Shown here piece by piece: positions 1-10,077 of a stretch of DNA of 64,000 nucleotides. The position numbers and the translations under genes are program-made. Origin of the DNA: Ranitomeya imitator. Lineage: Eukaryota. The notes beneath the pieces are model-generated. The model had not been told where the DNA came from. It saw only the letters and a program-made list of their open reading frames with translations, and ran no database searches. The DNA is taken from positions 530,410,001 through 530,474,000 of the forward strand of contig NC_091283.1 of the NCBI RefSeq assembly GCF_032444005.1, in the 5' to 3' direction. Positions within the stretch are counted from its first letter, which is position 1; every line of letters starts with the position of its first letter.

Positions 1-2420
1 CCAAGTTTCCAACTTATCCAGATCCATCTGTAGCAGAATACTATCTTCTCTTGTATTAACTGCTTTACATAGTTTTGTATCATCTGCAAATATCGATATT
101 TTACTGTGTAAACCTTCTACCAGATCATTAATGAATATGTTGAAGAGAACAGGTCCCAATACTGACCCCTGCGGTACCCCACTGGTCACAGCGACCCAGT
201 TAGAGACTATACCATTTATAACCACCCTCTGCTTTCTATCACTAAGCCAGTTACTAACCCATTTACACACATTTTCCCCCAGACCAAGCATTCTCATTTT
301 GTGTACCAACCTCTTGTGCGGCACGGTATCAAACGCTTTGGAAAAATCGAGATATACCACGTCCAATGACTCACCGTGGTCCAGCCTATAGCTTACCTCT
401 TCATAAAAACTGATTAGATTGGTTTGACAGGAGCGATTTCTCATAAACCCATGCTGATATGGAGTTAAAGGGAACCTGTCACCTGAATTTGGCGGGACTG
501 GTTTTGGGTCATATGGGCGGAGTTTTCGGGTGTTTGATTCACCCTTTCCTTACCCGCTGGCTGCATGCTGGCTGCAATATTGGATTGAAGTTCATTCTCT
601 GTCCTCCATAGTACACGCCTGCGCAAGGCAAGATTGCTTTGCGCAGGCGTGTACTATGGAGGACAGAGAATGAACTTCAATCCAATATTGCAGCCAGCAT
701 GCAGCCAGCGGGTAAGGAAAGGGTGAATCAAACACCTGAAAACTCCGTCCATATGACCCAAAACCAGTCCCGCCAAATTCAGGTGACAGAGTCCCTTTAA
801 ACAGTTATTCTCATTGAGATAATCCAGAATAACATCCCTCAGAAACCCTTCAAATATTTTACCAACAATAGAGGTTAGACTTACTGGCCTATAATTTCCA
901 GGTTCACTTTTAGAGCCCTTTTTGAATATTGGCACCACATTTGCTATGTGCCAGTCCTGCGGAATATATCCTGTCGCTATAGAGTCCCTAAAAATAAGAA
1001 ATAATGGTTTATCTATTACATTACTTAGTTCCCTTAGTACTCGTGGGTGTATGCCATCCGGACCCGGAGATTTATCTATTTTAATCTTATTTAGCCGATT
1101 TCGCACCTCTTCCTGAGTTAGATTGGTGACCCTTAATATAGGGTTTTCATTGTTTCTTGGGATTTCACCTAGCATTTCATTTTCCACCGTGAATACCGTG
1201 GAGAAGAAGGTGTTTAATATGTTAGCTTTTTCCTCGTCATCTACAACCATTCTTTCCTCACTATTTTTTAAGGGGCCTACATTTTCAGTTTTTATTCTTT
1301 TACTATTGATATAGTTGAAGAACAGTTTGGGATTAGTTTTACTCTCCTTAGCAATGTGCTTCTCTGTTTCCTTTTTGGCAGATTTAATTAGTTTTTTAGA
1401 TAAAGTATTTTTCTCCCTATAGTTTTTTAAAGCTTCAATGGTGCCATCCTGCTTTAGTAGTGCAAATGCTTTCTTTTTACTGTTAATTGCCTGTCTTACT
1501 TCTTTGTTTAGCCACATTGGGTTTTTCCTATTTCTAGTCCTTTTATTCCCACAAGGTATAAACCGCTTACACTGCCTATTTAGGATGTTCTTAAACATTT
1601 CCCATTTATTATCTGTATTCTTATTTCTGAGGATATTGTCCCAGTCTACCAGATTAAGGGCATCTCTAAGCTGGTCAAACTTTGCCTTCCTAAAGTTCAG
1701 TGTTTTTGTGACTCCCTGACAAGTCCCCCTAGTGAAAGACAGGTGAAACTGTACAATATTGTGGTCGCTATTTCCTAGATGTCCAACCACCTGCAGATTT
1801 GTTATTCTGTCAGGTCTATTAGATAGTATTAGGTCTAAAAGTGCTGCTCCTCTGGTTGGATTCTGCACCAATTGTGAAAGATAATTTTTCTTGGTTATTA
1901 GCAGAAACCTGTTGCCTTTATGGGTTTCACAGGTTTCACTTTCCCAGTTAATATCCGGGTAGTTAAAGTCCCCCATAACCAGGACCTCATTATGGGTTGC
2001 AGCTTCATCTATCTGCTTTAGAAGTAGACTTTCCATGGTTTCTGTTATATTTGGGGGTTTGTAACAGACCCCAATGAGAATTTTGTTACCATTTTTCCCT
2101 CCATGAATTTCGACCCATATGGACTCGACATCCTCATTTCCTTCGCTAATATCCTCCCTTAAAGTGGACTTTAGACAAGACTTTACATAGAGACAAACCC
2201 CTCCTACTCTCCGATTTTTACGATCCTTTCTAAACAGACTGTAACCCTGTAAGTTAACTGCCCAGTCATAGCTTTCATCTAACCATGTCTCGGTTATTCC
2301 CACTATGTCAAAGTTACCTGTAGATATTTCTGCTTCTAGTTCTTCCATCTTGATTGTCAGGCTTCTGGCGTTTGCGAGCATGCAGTTTAGAGGATTTTGT
2401 TTTGTTCCAATCTCCTCGCT
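1..2420 (-). pseudogene. CR1 ORF2 (APE endonuclease + reverse transcriptase), interrupted by a MITE at 469-796
   Basis: ORF 654..2672 contains GITETW, GDFNYP, LDLIL, SDH (APE) and KSPGPDG, NYRPVSLTS (RT). After removing the MITE the frame continues through 1-468 as LTPYQHGF...YLDFSKAFD...PQGSVLGP...IFADDTKL without stops. Confidence 0.93.
469..796. mobile_element. T2/Kolobok-type palindromic MITE (328 bp) with TTAA target duplication
   Basis: TTAA at 465-468 and 797-800; termini AGGGAACCTGTCACCTG / CAGGTGACAGAGTCCCT; the whole element is a near-perfect fold-back centred near 631; CR1 sequence rejoins seamlessly across it. Confidence 0.92.
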
Positions 2421-2518
2421 GTGGATTGCTTTAGAAATGTTCTTACCTCCCATCTGAGTATGTTTTCCTGGGTCTTCTTTGTTCAAGTCTAATGTTTTTC
2501 TTCCCGTTCCCTCTTCTT

Positions 2519-3624
2519 CTAGTTTAACGCCCTCCTGATGAGTGTAGCGAGTCTTCTGGCAAATGTGTGTTTCCCAGGTTTGTTGAGGTGTAGTCCATAT
2601 CTGGCGAGGAGTCCATCGTACCAGTAATTCACACCGTGGTCCAGGAATCCGAATCCTTGTTGTCTGCACCATCGTCTTAGCCAGTTGTTTGCATCAAGGA
2701 TCCTGTTCCATCTCCTGGTGCCATGCCCGTCTACTGGAAGGATAGAAGAAAAAACTACCTGTGCATCCAGTTCCTTTACTTTCTTCCCCAACTCTTCAAA
2801 GTCTTTGCAGATCGTCGGTAGGTCTTTCCTTGCCGTGTCATTGGTGCCAACATGTATCAGAAGAAATGGGTGGACGTCCTTGGAGCTGAAGAGCTTTGGT
2901 ATCCTATCGGTCACATCCTTGATCATCGCACCTGGAAGGCAGCATACTTCTCTTGCAGTTATGTCCGGTCTGCAGATGGCTGCTTCTGTGCCTCTCGGAA
3001 GTGAGTCTCCCACCACCACCACTCTTCGTTGCTTCTTGGCTGTACTTTTTGCTGTCACTTGTTGCTGTGTGCCCTTTTCTTTTTTGCTTGCTGGTATTGC
3101 TTCATCCTAAGGTGTGCCATCTTCATCCTCTACAAAGATTTGATATCGGTTCTTCAGTTGTGTGGTTGTTGATTTCTCCATGGTCTTCTTGCTTCTTTTG
3201 GTCACATGCTTCCACTCATCTGCTTTTGGAGGTTCTCTGACACTTTTTTCACCTTCTGTGACCAGTAGAGATGCTTCTGTTCTGTCTAGAAAGTCTTCAT
3301 TCTCTTTGATGAGTTTCAAAGTTGCTATTCTTTCTTCCAGACCCCGCACCTTTTCTTCTAAAAGGGCCACTAGTCTACACTTCTGACAGGTGAAATTTGA
3401 TTCTTCTTCTGGTCGGTCTGTGAACATGTTAAGTAAAAAGGGCAGCACACTGCAGCGCCAAAACATGCAAACTTGAAAACACGAAATTTGAACTGCATTA
3501 TTGCACTAGAAATATGAAAAATGAGAGCTTTTAGCGCATAAAAATGGCCATATTTATGTGTACCTCTGTCTGTGAACATGTAGCACATGCTGCAGCTCAC
3601 CATGTAGGTTGTCACATCTGCCAT
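2519..3624 (-). pseudogene. CR1 ORF1 (CxxC...CxxC finger, leucine zipper, SGNH/GDSL-like esterase)
   Basis: MADVTTYMVSCSMCYMFTD + RPEEESNFTCQKC..LEEKVRGLEERIATL, then VVVVGDS..CCLPGA..IHVGTND..GLHLN. One in-frame TAG at 3107-3109 and a 138-bp insertion at 3430-3567. Confidence 0.88.
3430..3567. mobile_element. 138-bp 5'-truncated retro-insertion with 14-bp TSD
   Basis: GTCTGTGAACATGT duplicated at 3416-3429 and 3568-3581 on either side of unrelated AT-rich sequence. Confidence 0.85.
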
Positions 3625-3729
3625 GTTGCTCCTAGATCCTGCTGACTTGCTGTGTGTTTTCCTTCTTGTGTAATCTACTCAGCCAAGCTCTCTTGCAATA
3701 ATATCCTACAGGCAAAAATTACGGCGCGC

Positions 3730-4361
3730 GGTTTGGCGATGCTTTCCAAGCAGCTGGTCCCGGCTGTACCCAACGATCTTCTAGCTTAGGGAGACTTCGC
3801 TTTTCCCAGAAGGCACCTGGAATATGCAAATTAGCCTCCTCAAGCTTGAATCCCTGGTTTGGCGATGCTTTCCAAGCAGCTGGTCCCGGCTGTACCCAAC
3901 GATCTTCTAGCTTAGGGAGACTTCGCTTTTCCCAGAAGGCACCTGGAATATGCAAATTAGCCTCCTCAAGCTTGAATCCCTGGTTTGGCGATGCTTTCCA
4001 AGCAGCTGGTCCCGGCTGTACCCAACGATCTTCTAGCTTAGGGAGACTTCGCTTTTCCCAGAAGGCACCTGGAATATGCAAATTAGCCTCCTCAAGCTTG
4101 AATCCCTGGTTTGGCGATGCTTTCCAAGCAGCTGGTCCTGGCTGTACCCAACGATCTTCTAGCTTAGGGAGACTTCGCTTTTCCCAGAAGGCACCTGGAA
4201 TATGCAAATTAGCCTCCTCAAGCTTGAATCCCTGGTTTGGCGATGCTTTCCAAGCAGCTGGTCCCGGCTGTACCCAACGATCTTCTAGCTTAGGGAGACT
4301 TCGCTTTTCCCAGAAGGCACCTGGAATATGCAAATTAGCCTCCTCAAGCTTGAATCCCTGG
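3730..4361. repeat. 5 x 126-bp tandem array at the CR1 5' end; each unit has ATGCAAAT
   Basis: Unit starts GGTTTGGCGATG at 3730, 3856, 3982, 4108, 4234; near-identical copies; octamer at 3824, 3950, 4076, 4202, 4328. Confidence 0.97.
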
Positions 4362-4379
4362 TATGTGTTTCTTTCTTAA

Positions 4380-4660
4380 TTTGTGTTTTTTTTTGTTGCG
4401 TATTTCGCATCATTGTTTGATTTGAAAACAGGACCTTCACTTACGTGATCATGTGATTGAGTCCTTTCAATTTGATTGGCTTCAAGTTCCTTTATATATT
4501 TTCACTGGATCTTGGGTAGTCAAGCTTTGACAAAGACCGCAGCACGGTCAAAACGCGTTGCTTCACCCATAGGGGTTATGGTGTTGTCTCAGGAGCATTT
4601 TGTATTTCTACATCTTGTATTTTAAAACAAGTTTTTCATTAAACAGTTTATTTATTTTAT
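4380..4660 (+). mobile_element. Penelope-like 3' tail remnant with degenerate hammerhead motif (4522-4563)
   Basis: AAGC-T-TTGACAA-A-GACCG(cagca)CGGTC-AAAAC-GCGTT-GCTT followed by a T-rich tail with ATTAAA. Confidence 0.5.
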
Positions 4661-5584
4661 TTTTATTGAGCTGGAACATTGTGCTTTTTTCTACTCTCCA
4701 AGTCTCCTCAGGATCAAGGATCAACAGATAAGAGCTTGTAAATATCAGGCAGCTCCTATCCCTGTCCGGTATGCAGATAAGCACACAAAGATGTACATGG
4801 AGCAGGGTTGCCAACTTGACTTTTTATTTTTTTCTGGACAGCTTATCAAAAAATCAGAGACAGACAATATTTTTATGGATGCATTGGAAAACCATACTAA
4901 ATCATTATGATTATAAGTGATCCATGTCTACTGCCCATAGTTCGGATATGGAGACATCAGCTGCATTCACTGTTAACTGTGAAATGATGATAGTTGTGGT
5001 CAAAATAATCTGTAGAAGTTTCTTCAGCTTCAAAAAAATTATATGTTTTTAAGGACTGAAAAAAATTGCCCTATTTTTATGGACTGTCCTGGAATTTTTG
5101 GACAGTTGGCAACTCAGACGTCTACAATTTTCAGACTTGACTGGTCAATGAAAATTAAGGAGACCATGCGACTGTAGCATGAGAGAGACCCAATATAGGT
5201 ACTAAAAGAGCTTGATCAGGCATGACAAGCTTTGGTTTGATGCTTTCTCACCAAGTCACAATCAGGTGAATGCTATCCTAACGGATCACAGGAAATTGAC
5301 AATTTAGCTTTCTGTGCTTTGAAGTGGTTGTACTTTTCCATTATGTCTTTAATGGGCATTTCAGACCCTTCGGTAACCATGGTTACAACCACTAGTAACT
5401 AGCTGTCACTATATCAGTGGTCATAACCATGGATGCCTAAGGTCATGTAATGCCTGCACATTAGGAAAGAGACACAGTGAATCAGAAAAACTATACTACA
5501 TTTCTAATTGGAGGTATTTGCTAATATTATTATTATTACACTTACTGCATATTGGAATATGATCTTGGAGATGAGAATACCCCT

Positions 5585-5961
5585 TTACGCTACAAGTCTA
5601 TGTGACTGCAGAATTGTGAATCCTCTCATCACACGCACTGCAAGTCATGAGAATTCTCTGGTTCCGGAGTCGGGAGTGGCGAGCATGAGACCTCAAGAAT
5701 GTGACTTGTACACATGTGGTCACCTGCCGACTAGATTGATGCAGCCTTGCTCAATGCAAGTGTATTGAGTGAGTCCAGACACAGTCTAGTTGGAATGTGG
5801 CGTGATGTATGCAAATCACATACATCTCATAACTGACCGCTGCCTGCACCGGCAGAGGAGAATACTCACAGCACGCACTGAGTGTGATGAGAGGATTCTC
5901 AAATCTGCAGTCACGTAGAGTGACTGCAGACTTGTACCCTAAGGCCAGACAACCCCTTTAA
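5585..5961. mobile_element. Degenerate fold-back T2-type MITE, left end eroded
   Basis: GACTGCAGAATTGTGAATCCTCTCATCACAC.. (about 5605) is inverted at about 5885-5915; right end CAGACAACCCCT-TTAA at about 5946-5961. Confidence 0.6.
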
Positions 5962-7320
5962 ATCATGATGCTATAAATGTATGAGTAGTTCATTTGAATT
6001 CTAGAACATTAATAAGACTTAGTAGAAATAAATAGATTTACCTGCAATCAAGGCATACCAAATGAGAGTGTGGGGGGAGACCTTGCATCAAGGAGTTTAC
6101 AATCTGTTGGATATTAAGAGCGCCCAGATTATACTCTATATATTCCATTACACCATACCTATTGGGAGTGATTACCTCTTCTGTACATCTGTACATTGCT
6201 AGGTGAGACTCACATCTCTGCTCTTTACTGCACAGAGTCCTGACACCTTTGTTTGATGGCATCAAGCTGTGTTCTTTACAACTTCACACATAATCACAGG
6301 CAAGTCACTGCCAGCTCAGGGTCAGCATGTTTGATGTTTGCAGCAGAGTAATGGTCCATTTAGTCCCCGTTTGCTATTTTCTTTTCACTTGCTTGTCTAG
6401 TAGTCATTAGCATTCCAAAAAGACAAAAGGAATGGAATATTCAGGTGTCATTTTATTCAGTGGTATTATGGTAGGAAACAATAAGTGGTACAATGCCGAA
6501 CACAGAAAATAAATAGGAATCAGAATTTTTATTTTGTCATTCCATAGTTATAATTGAGAATTGAGTAAATAAAAAGAAGTATACCATTTATATATTTGCT
6601 TTACTAAATTCAATTTTTGGTCATTATGCCCCCCCCCCCCCCAAAAAAAATCTAATTAAAAGAGATCAAAACTTCATATGTACCCCAAATGGTACTCAGA
6701 AAAACTGCAACTTCTCCTGGAAAAAACAAGCTCTCACACAGATCCTTAAAAATATACATATATATATATTTAGGGCCTCAAAAATGGTGACATAAATGTG
6801 TAATTTTTTAAGAATTTAAGGAATGCCCATAGACTTAAAACATAAAAGCGATTAACATGCTTCTCTGCTATAGTGTTTTAAAATGTAATTGCAGAGTAAG
6901 CAGCAGCACAAAATCGAGCAGCTGCAGGAGAACAGAGTCGGATGTCAGACACAGCCAGACTCCACCTTCCTAATTGTTGTTATGTACAACAATGAACAAG
7001 CACAGTGTATACAGCACAGGAAGAGCTAACAGCACCTTCTCCTTCCAACCCAATAATTTTGTGATCACCGGGTGCTGAGAAAGAGCAGGAGCTGTTGGTC
7101 CTAATAGATCCAAGATCAGCTCTGTAGTGCAGCCAGGAGGTTGACTTTGCCATGTAATTGAAGCTATTGTACCAGTCCCAGTTACAGAGGAAATTACAAA
7201 TGTATTAAAGGAAGAATATATTTAAGCGTTGAAATGCCCCCAAAGGTATCACCTAATGATGGTTGTTGGATTCACAATGTGTGAAATAAATGAATAAAAG
7301 CATGGAAAAAGGTAATAAAA

Positions 7321-7366
<46 letters not shown>

Positions 7367-7608
7367 TGGCAGTTGCTGTTAACCTCTCTCCTTTAAAAAT
7401 ACGTACCTGATATTTAAATATATTACTTACAGAAAAGGGAACAATATAGAAAATGTATGTGGTGATTCTCTGCAGTAACAAAATAAAAAGATGTATTTTC
7501 TTTTTTCCCTCCAAAATCACAAAAAATGAAAATAACAAAATAATTAATCACCAAAAGTTGCAAAAATAAATTGAATATCCTAACGAGAAAAAGTTTTAGC
7601 CCTCTTAA

Positions 7609-7860
7609 AGGGATCCTGTCAGGTAAAAAAATTCTAATAACCTGCAGATTTGGAGTTAATCTGCAGGTTAATAGAATTCAGGACCTGTCCATGGCTGACA
7701 CAGAGAGCCTTGCTGCCGGGAGGAAATTAACTTTACTCCTCTTAGCCCGCTCGGGCTTTCAGTCATAAGGGAGTGCTGATGCGGCTTTAGTCACCGTTCA
7801 ATGCATACTAAGTTGAAACCATGCCCCGGCACTGACTGACAGCTCTCTCCAATTCTGAAC
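7609..7860. mobile_element. T2-type MITE left-end fragment
   Basis: TTAA (7605-7608) followed by AGGGATCCTGTCAGGT and internal hairpin AACCTGCAGATT..AATCTGCAGGTT. Confidence 0.5.
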
Positions 7861-9067
7861 CAAGAATCCCACCGATCAGTTGTTATAAGCCAATAGCTGA
7901 CAGTGGCTGGATTTAAATATATTGTGCCCGATTCATCAAGAATGATGTTATTCACACAAGTCTTGATGAGGAAATGTACTGGTGTCAGGCATATGCCTCT
8001 TCATGAATCAGGAACGTATGTGTGGCATGACCGTCCATGTGCGCCTTATGACAAATTCTACTCCTACTTGAGTAAGATTTATGGTGTAGTGAATGCTGCT
8101 TATCATAAATTTGATGAGCGGAAGTTGCCTCGCCCCGTCCCGCTCCCGTCTCATCCACTTTGTTGGAGATGTTCGAAAATGGCGTGAGAACGCCAAAAGT
8201 AGTATAACTTTAGCTCAGTCTCCATTTGCACCAAAATTATGCAACTATTCAAAGCTTTTTATGCCAGAATACTGACATAAAAAGCTTTGATGAATCATGC
8301 CCATTGAATGGAACTGCAAAGCACAGATCATCCATTGAGTAGCAGCAGCTGCCGGGCACTGCAGAACAGCTTCTATTCTCTTGAATAGGTTACATCTGGT
8401 ATTCCAGAACAGCTCCTATTCAATCCCATTCAGTATTTATCCATTCAGTACGTATGACAGGATTGCTCGAGAATAATCTATTGTGACCTGACCCCCCCTT
8501 TAAAAGCCATCCCTTAAATAGCAGAAATTAAGAGATTGCTGGTAGCACACTACACAGTATCTATATAAACTATTAACAGATTTTTTTTTATATATGAAGA
8601 TGCTCATTTTTTTTAAATAATTTTGATAGCTCACATGCATTTAGTTTTCTTGAAAAATATGATAATACTAGATGGTGGCCCGATTCTAACGCATCGGGTA
8701 TTCTAGAATATGCATGTCCACGTAGTATATTGCCCAGTCATGTAGTATATTGCCCAGCCACGTAGTATATTGCGCAGCCACTTTGTGTATTGCCCAGCCA
8801 CGTAGTATATTGCCCAGCTACGTAGTATATTGCCCAGTCACGTAGTATATTGCCCAGCCACGTAGTATATTGTGCAGCCACGTAGTATATTGCCCAGTCA
8901 CCTAGTACATTGCCCAGCCACGTAGTATATTGCCCAGCTACATAGTATATTGCCTAGCCACGTAGTATATTGCCCAGCCATGTAGTATATTGCCCAACCA
9001 GGTAGTATATTGCCCAGCCACGTAGTATATTGCCCTGTCACATACTATATTGTCCAGCCATGTAGTA

Positions 9068-10077
9068 CAGGGTGGAGCGCGGTAATTTGCTTTTTTGCAC
9101 TGCATGCTGTGGCGGCACTGTCGGTCGAAGAGAGGGGAGAGTGGGTGTGGCTTACAGTGGCTGATGGGAGATTTGTATTCCTCTGCCTTTCAGTTGCCAT
9201 CATGCAGTGGACACGTGAGGAGAGGTCATTTTGTGTTGAAGCGTATTTTTCAAATGCCCACTCGATCATTGCAGTGCAGCGTGCTTTTCGTTTACAATTC
9301 GCTGTTCCTCCACGCGGACGTGTTCCTGGACGGCAATCAATTGTAAATTGGGTGAATTTTCACATTTTCACCTCAGTGGGTGTGTAAACAAACAAAATAT
9401 GCGTTACTGGAGTGAAACAAACCCCAGAGAAGTTCACGAGAGACCTCTGCATTCGGGCCGCGTCACTGTGTGGTGCGCCATATCACGAGTAGGCATCATT
9501 GGTCCTTACTTTTTTCAGGATAATGGTCGTGCCATAACTGTGAACTCCGAACGGTACTTGTCTATGATACAGGATTATTTTCAGCCGGCTCTTGAGGCAA
9601 TGGAACTAGAGGATACATGGTTCCAACAGGATGGTGCCACTGCACACACAGGGAGGGTTACCATGAATTGTTTGAGGCAAATGTTTCCTGGACGGCTTAT
9701 CTCTTTGAGGGGAGATGTGAACTGGCCAGCACGCTCACCAGATTTAGCCAAATGCGATTTTTTCCTTTGGGGTTACCTGAAGTCTAAGGTGTATATCAAC
9801 CGTCCCAACACCTTGGAAGACCTAAGGAACAATATTGAAGCTGAAATTGGCAGAATACCAGTGGACATGCTTGATAGAGTTCATGAAAACTTCAGAAAAC
9901 GTATGCAGCAGTGTGTGGATAGCGAAGGTCGACATTTGCCAGATACACTATTTAAAACCATGTAATTTAAAAATTCCATTACTGTTCAGTATAATTAAAA
10001 TATAAAATAAAATTTTTCTAATGATCATAATTTTTTTATTTCATTCCCAAATCAGCAAATTACCGCGCTCCACCCTG
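9068..10077 (+). mobile_element. Tc1/mariner DD41D (Visitor/rosa) element, internally deleted, 1010 bp
   Basis: Identical 24-bp TIRs CAGGGTGGAGCGCGGTAATTTGCT; TA TSD at 9066-9067 and 10078-10079; transposase remnant inside. Confidence 0.93.
9202..9965 (+). pseudogene. DD41D transposase with central deletion and frameshift
   Basis: N-terminal MQWTREERSFCVEAYF..SIVNWV joined out of frame to HFHLSGCVNKQN..WFQQDGATAH..WPARSPDLAKCDFFLWG; 41 residues between the 2nd and 3rd catalytic D; first D region (xSDE) lost. Confidence 0.88.

Larger units (their letters stand above)
1..4361 (-). mobile_element. CR1-clade LINE, 5'-complete, 3' part runs off window start
   Basis: Minus strand, in order: 126-bp tandem 5' array, ORF1 (Cys finger, leucine zipper, SGNH esterase), ORF2 (APE endonuclease + RT with QGSVLGP and FADD motifs). 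Confidence 0.95.

Noticed and set aside
654-2672. 672-aa ORF as a complete gene
   Set aside because: Its C-terminal end reads into the MITE and its first ~85 aa overlap ORF1; it is part of CR1 ORF2
3719-4379. 204-aa and 177-aa repetitive ORFs
   Set aside because: By-product of a 126-bp (42-codon) tandem unit with stop-free frames; no domain content
4803-5117. Possible hAT MITE with GGGTTGCCAAC / GTTGGCAAC ends
   Set aside because: Short imperfect termini and no matching 8-bp TSD; too weak to call
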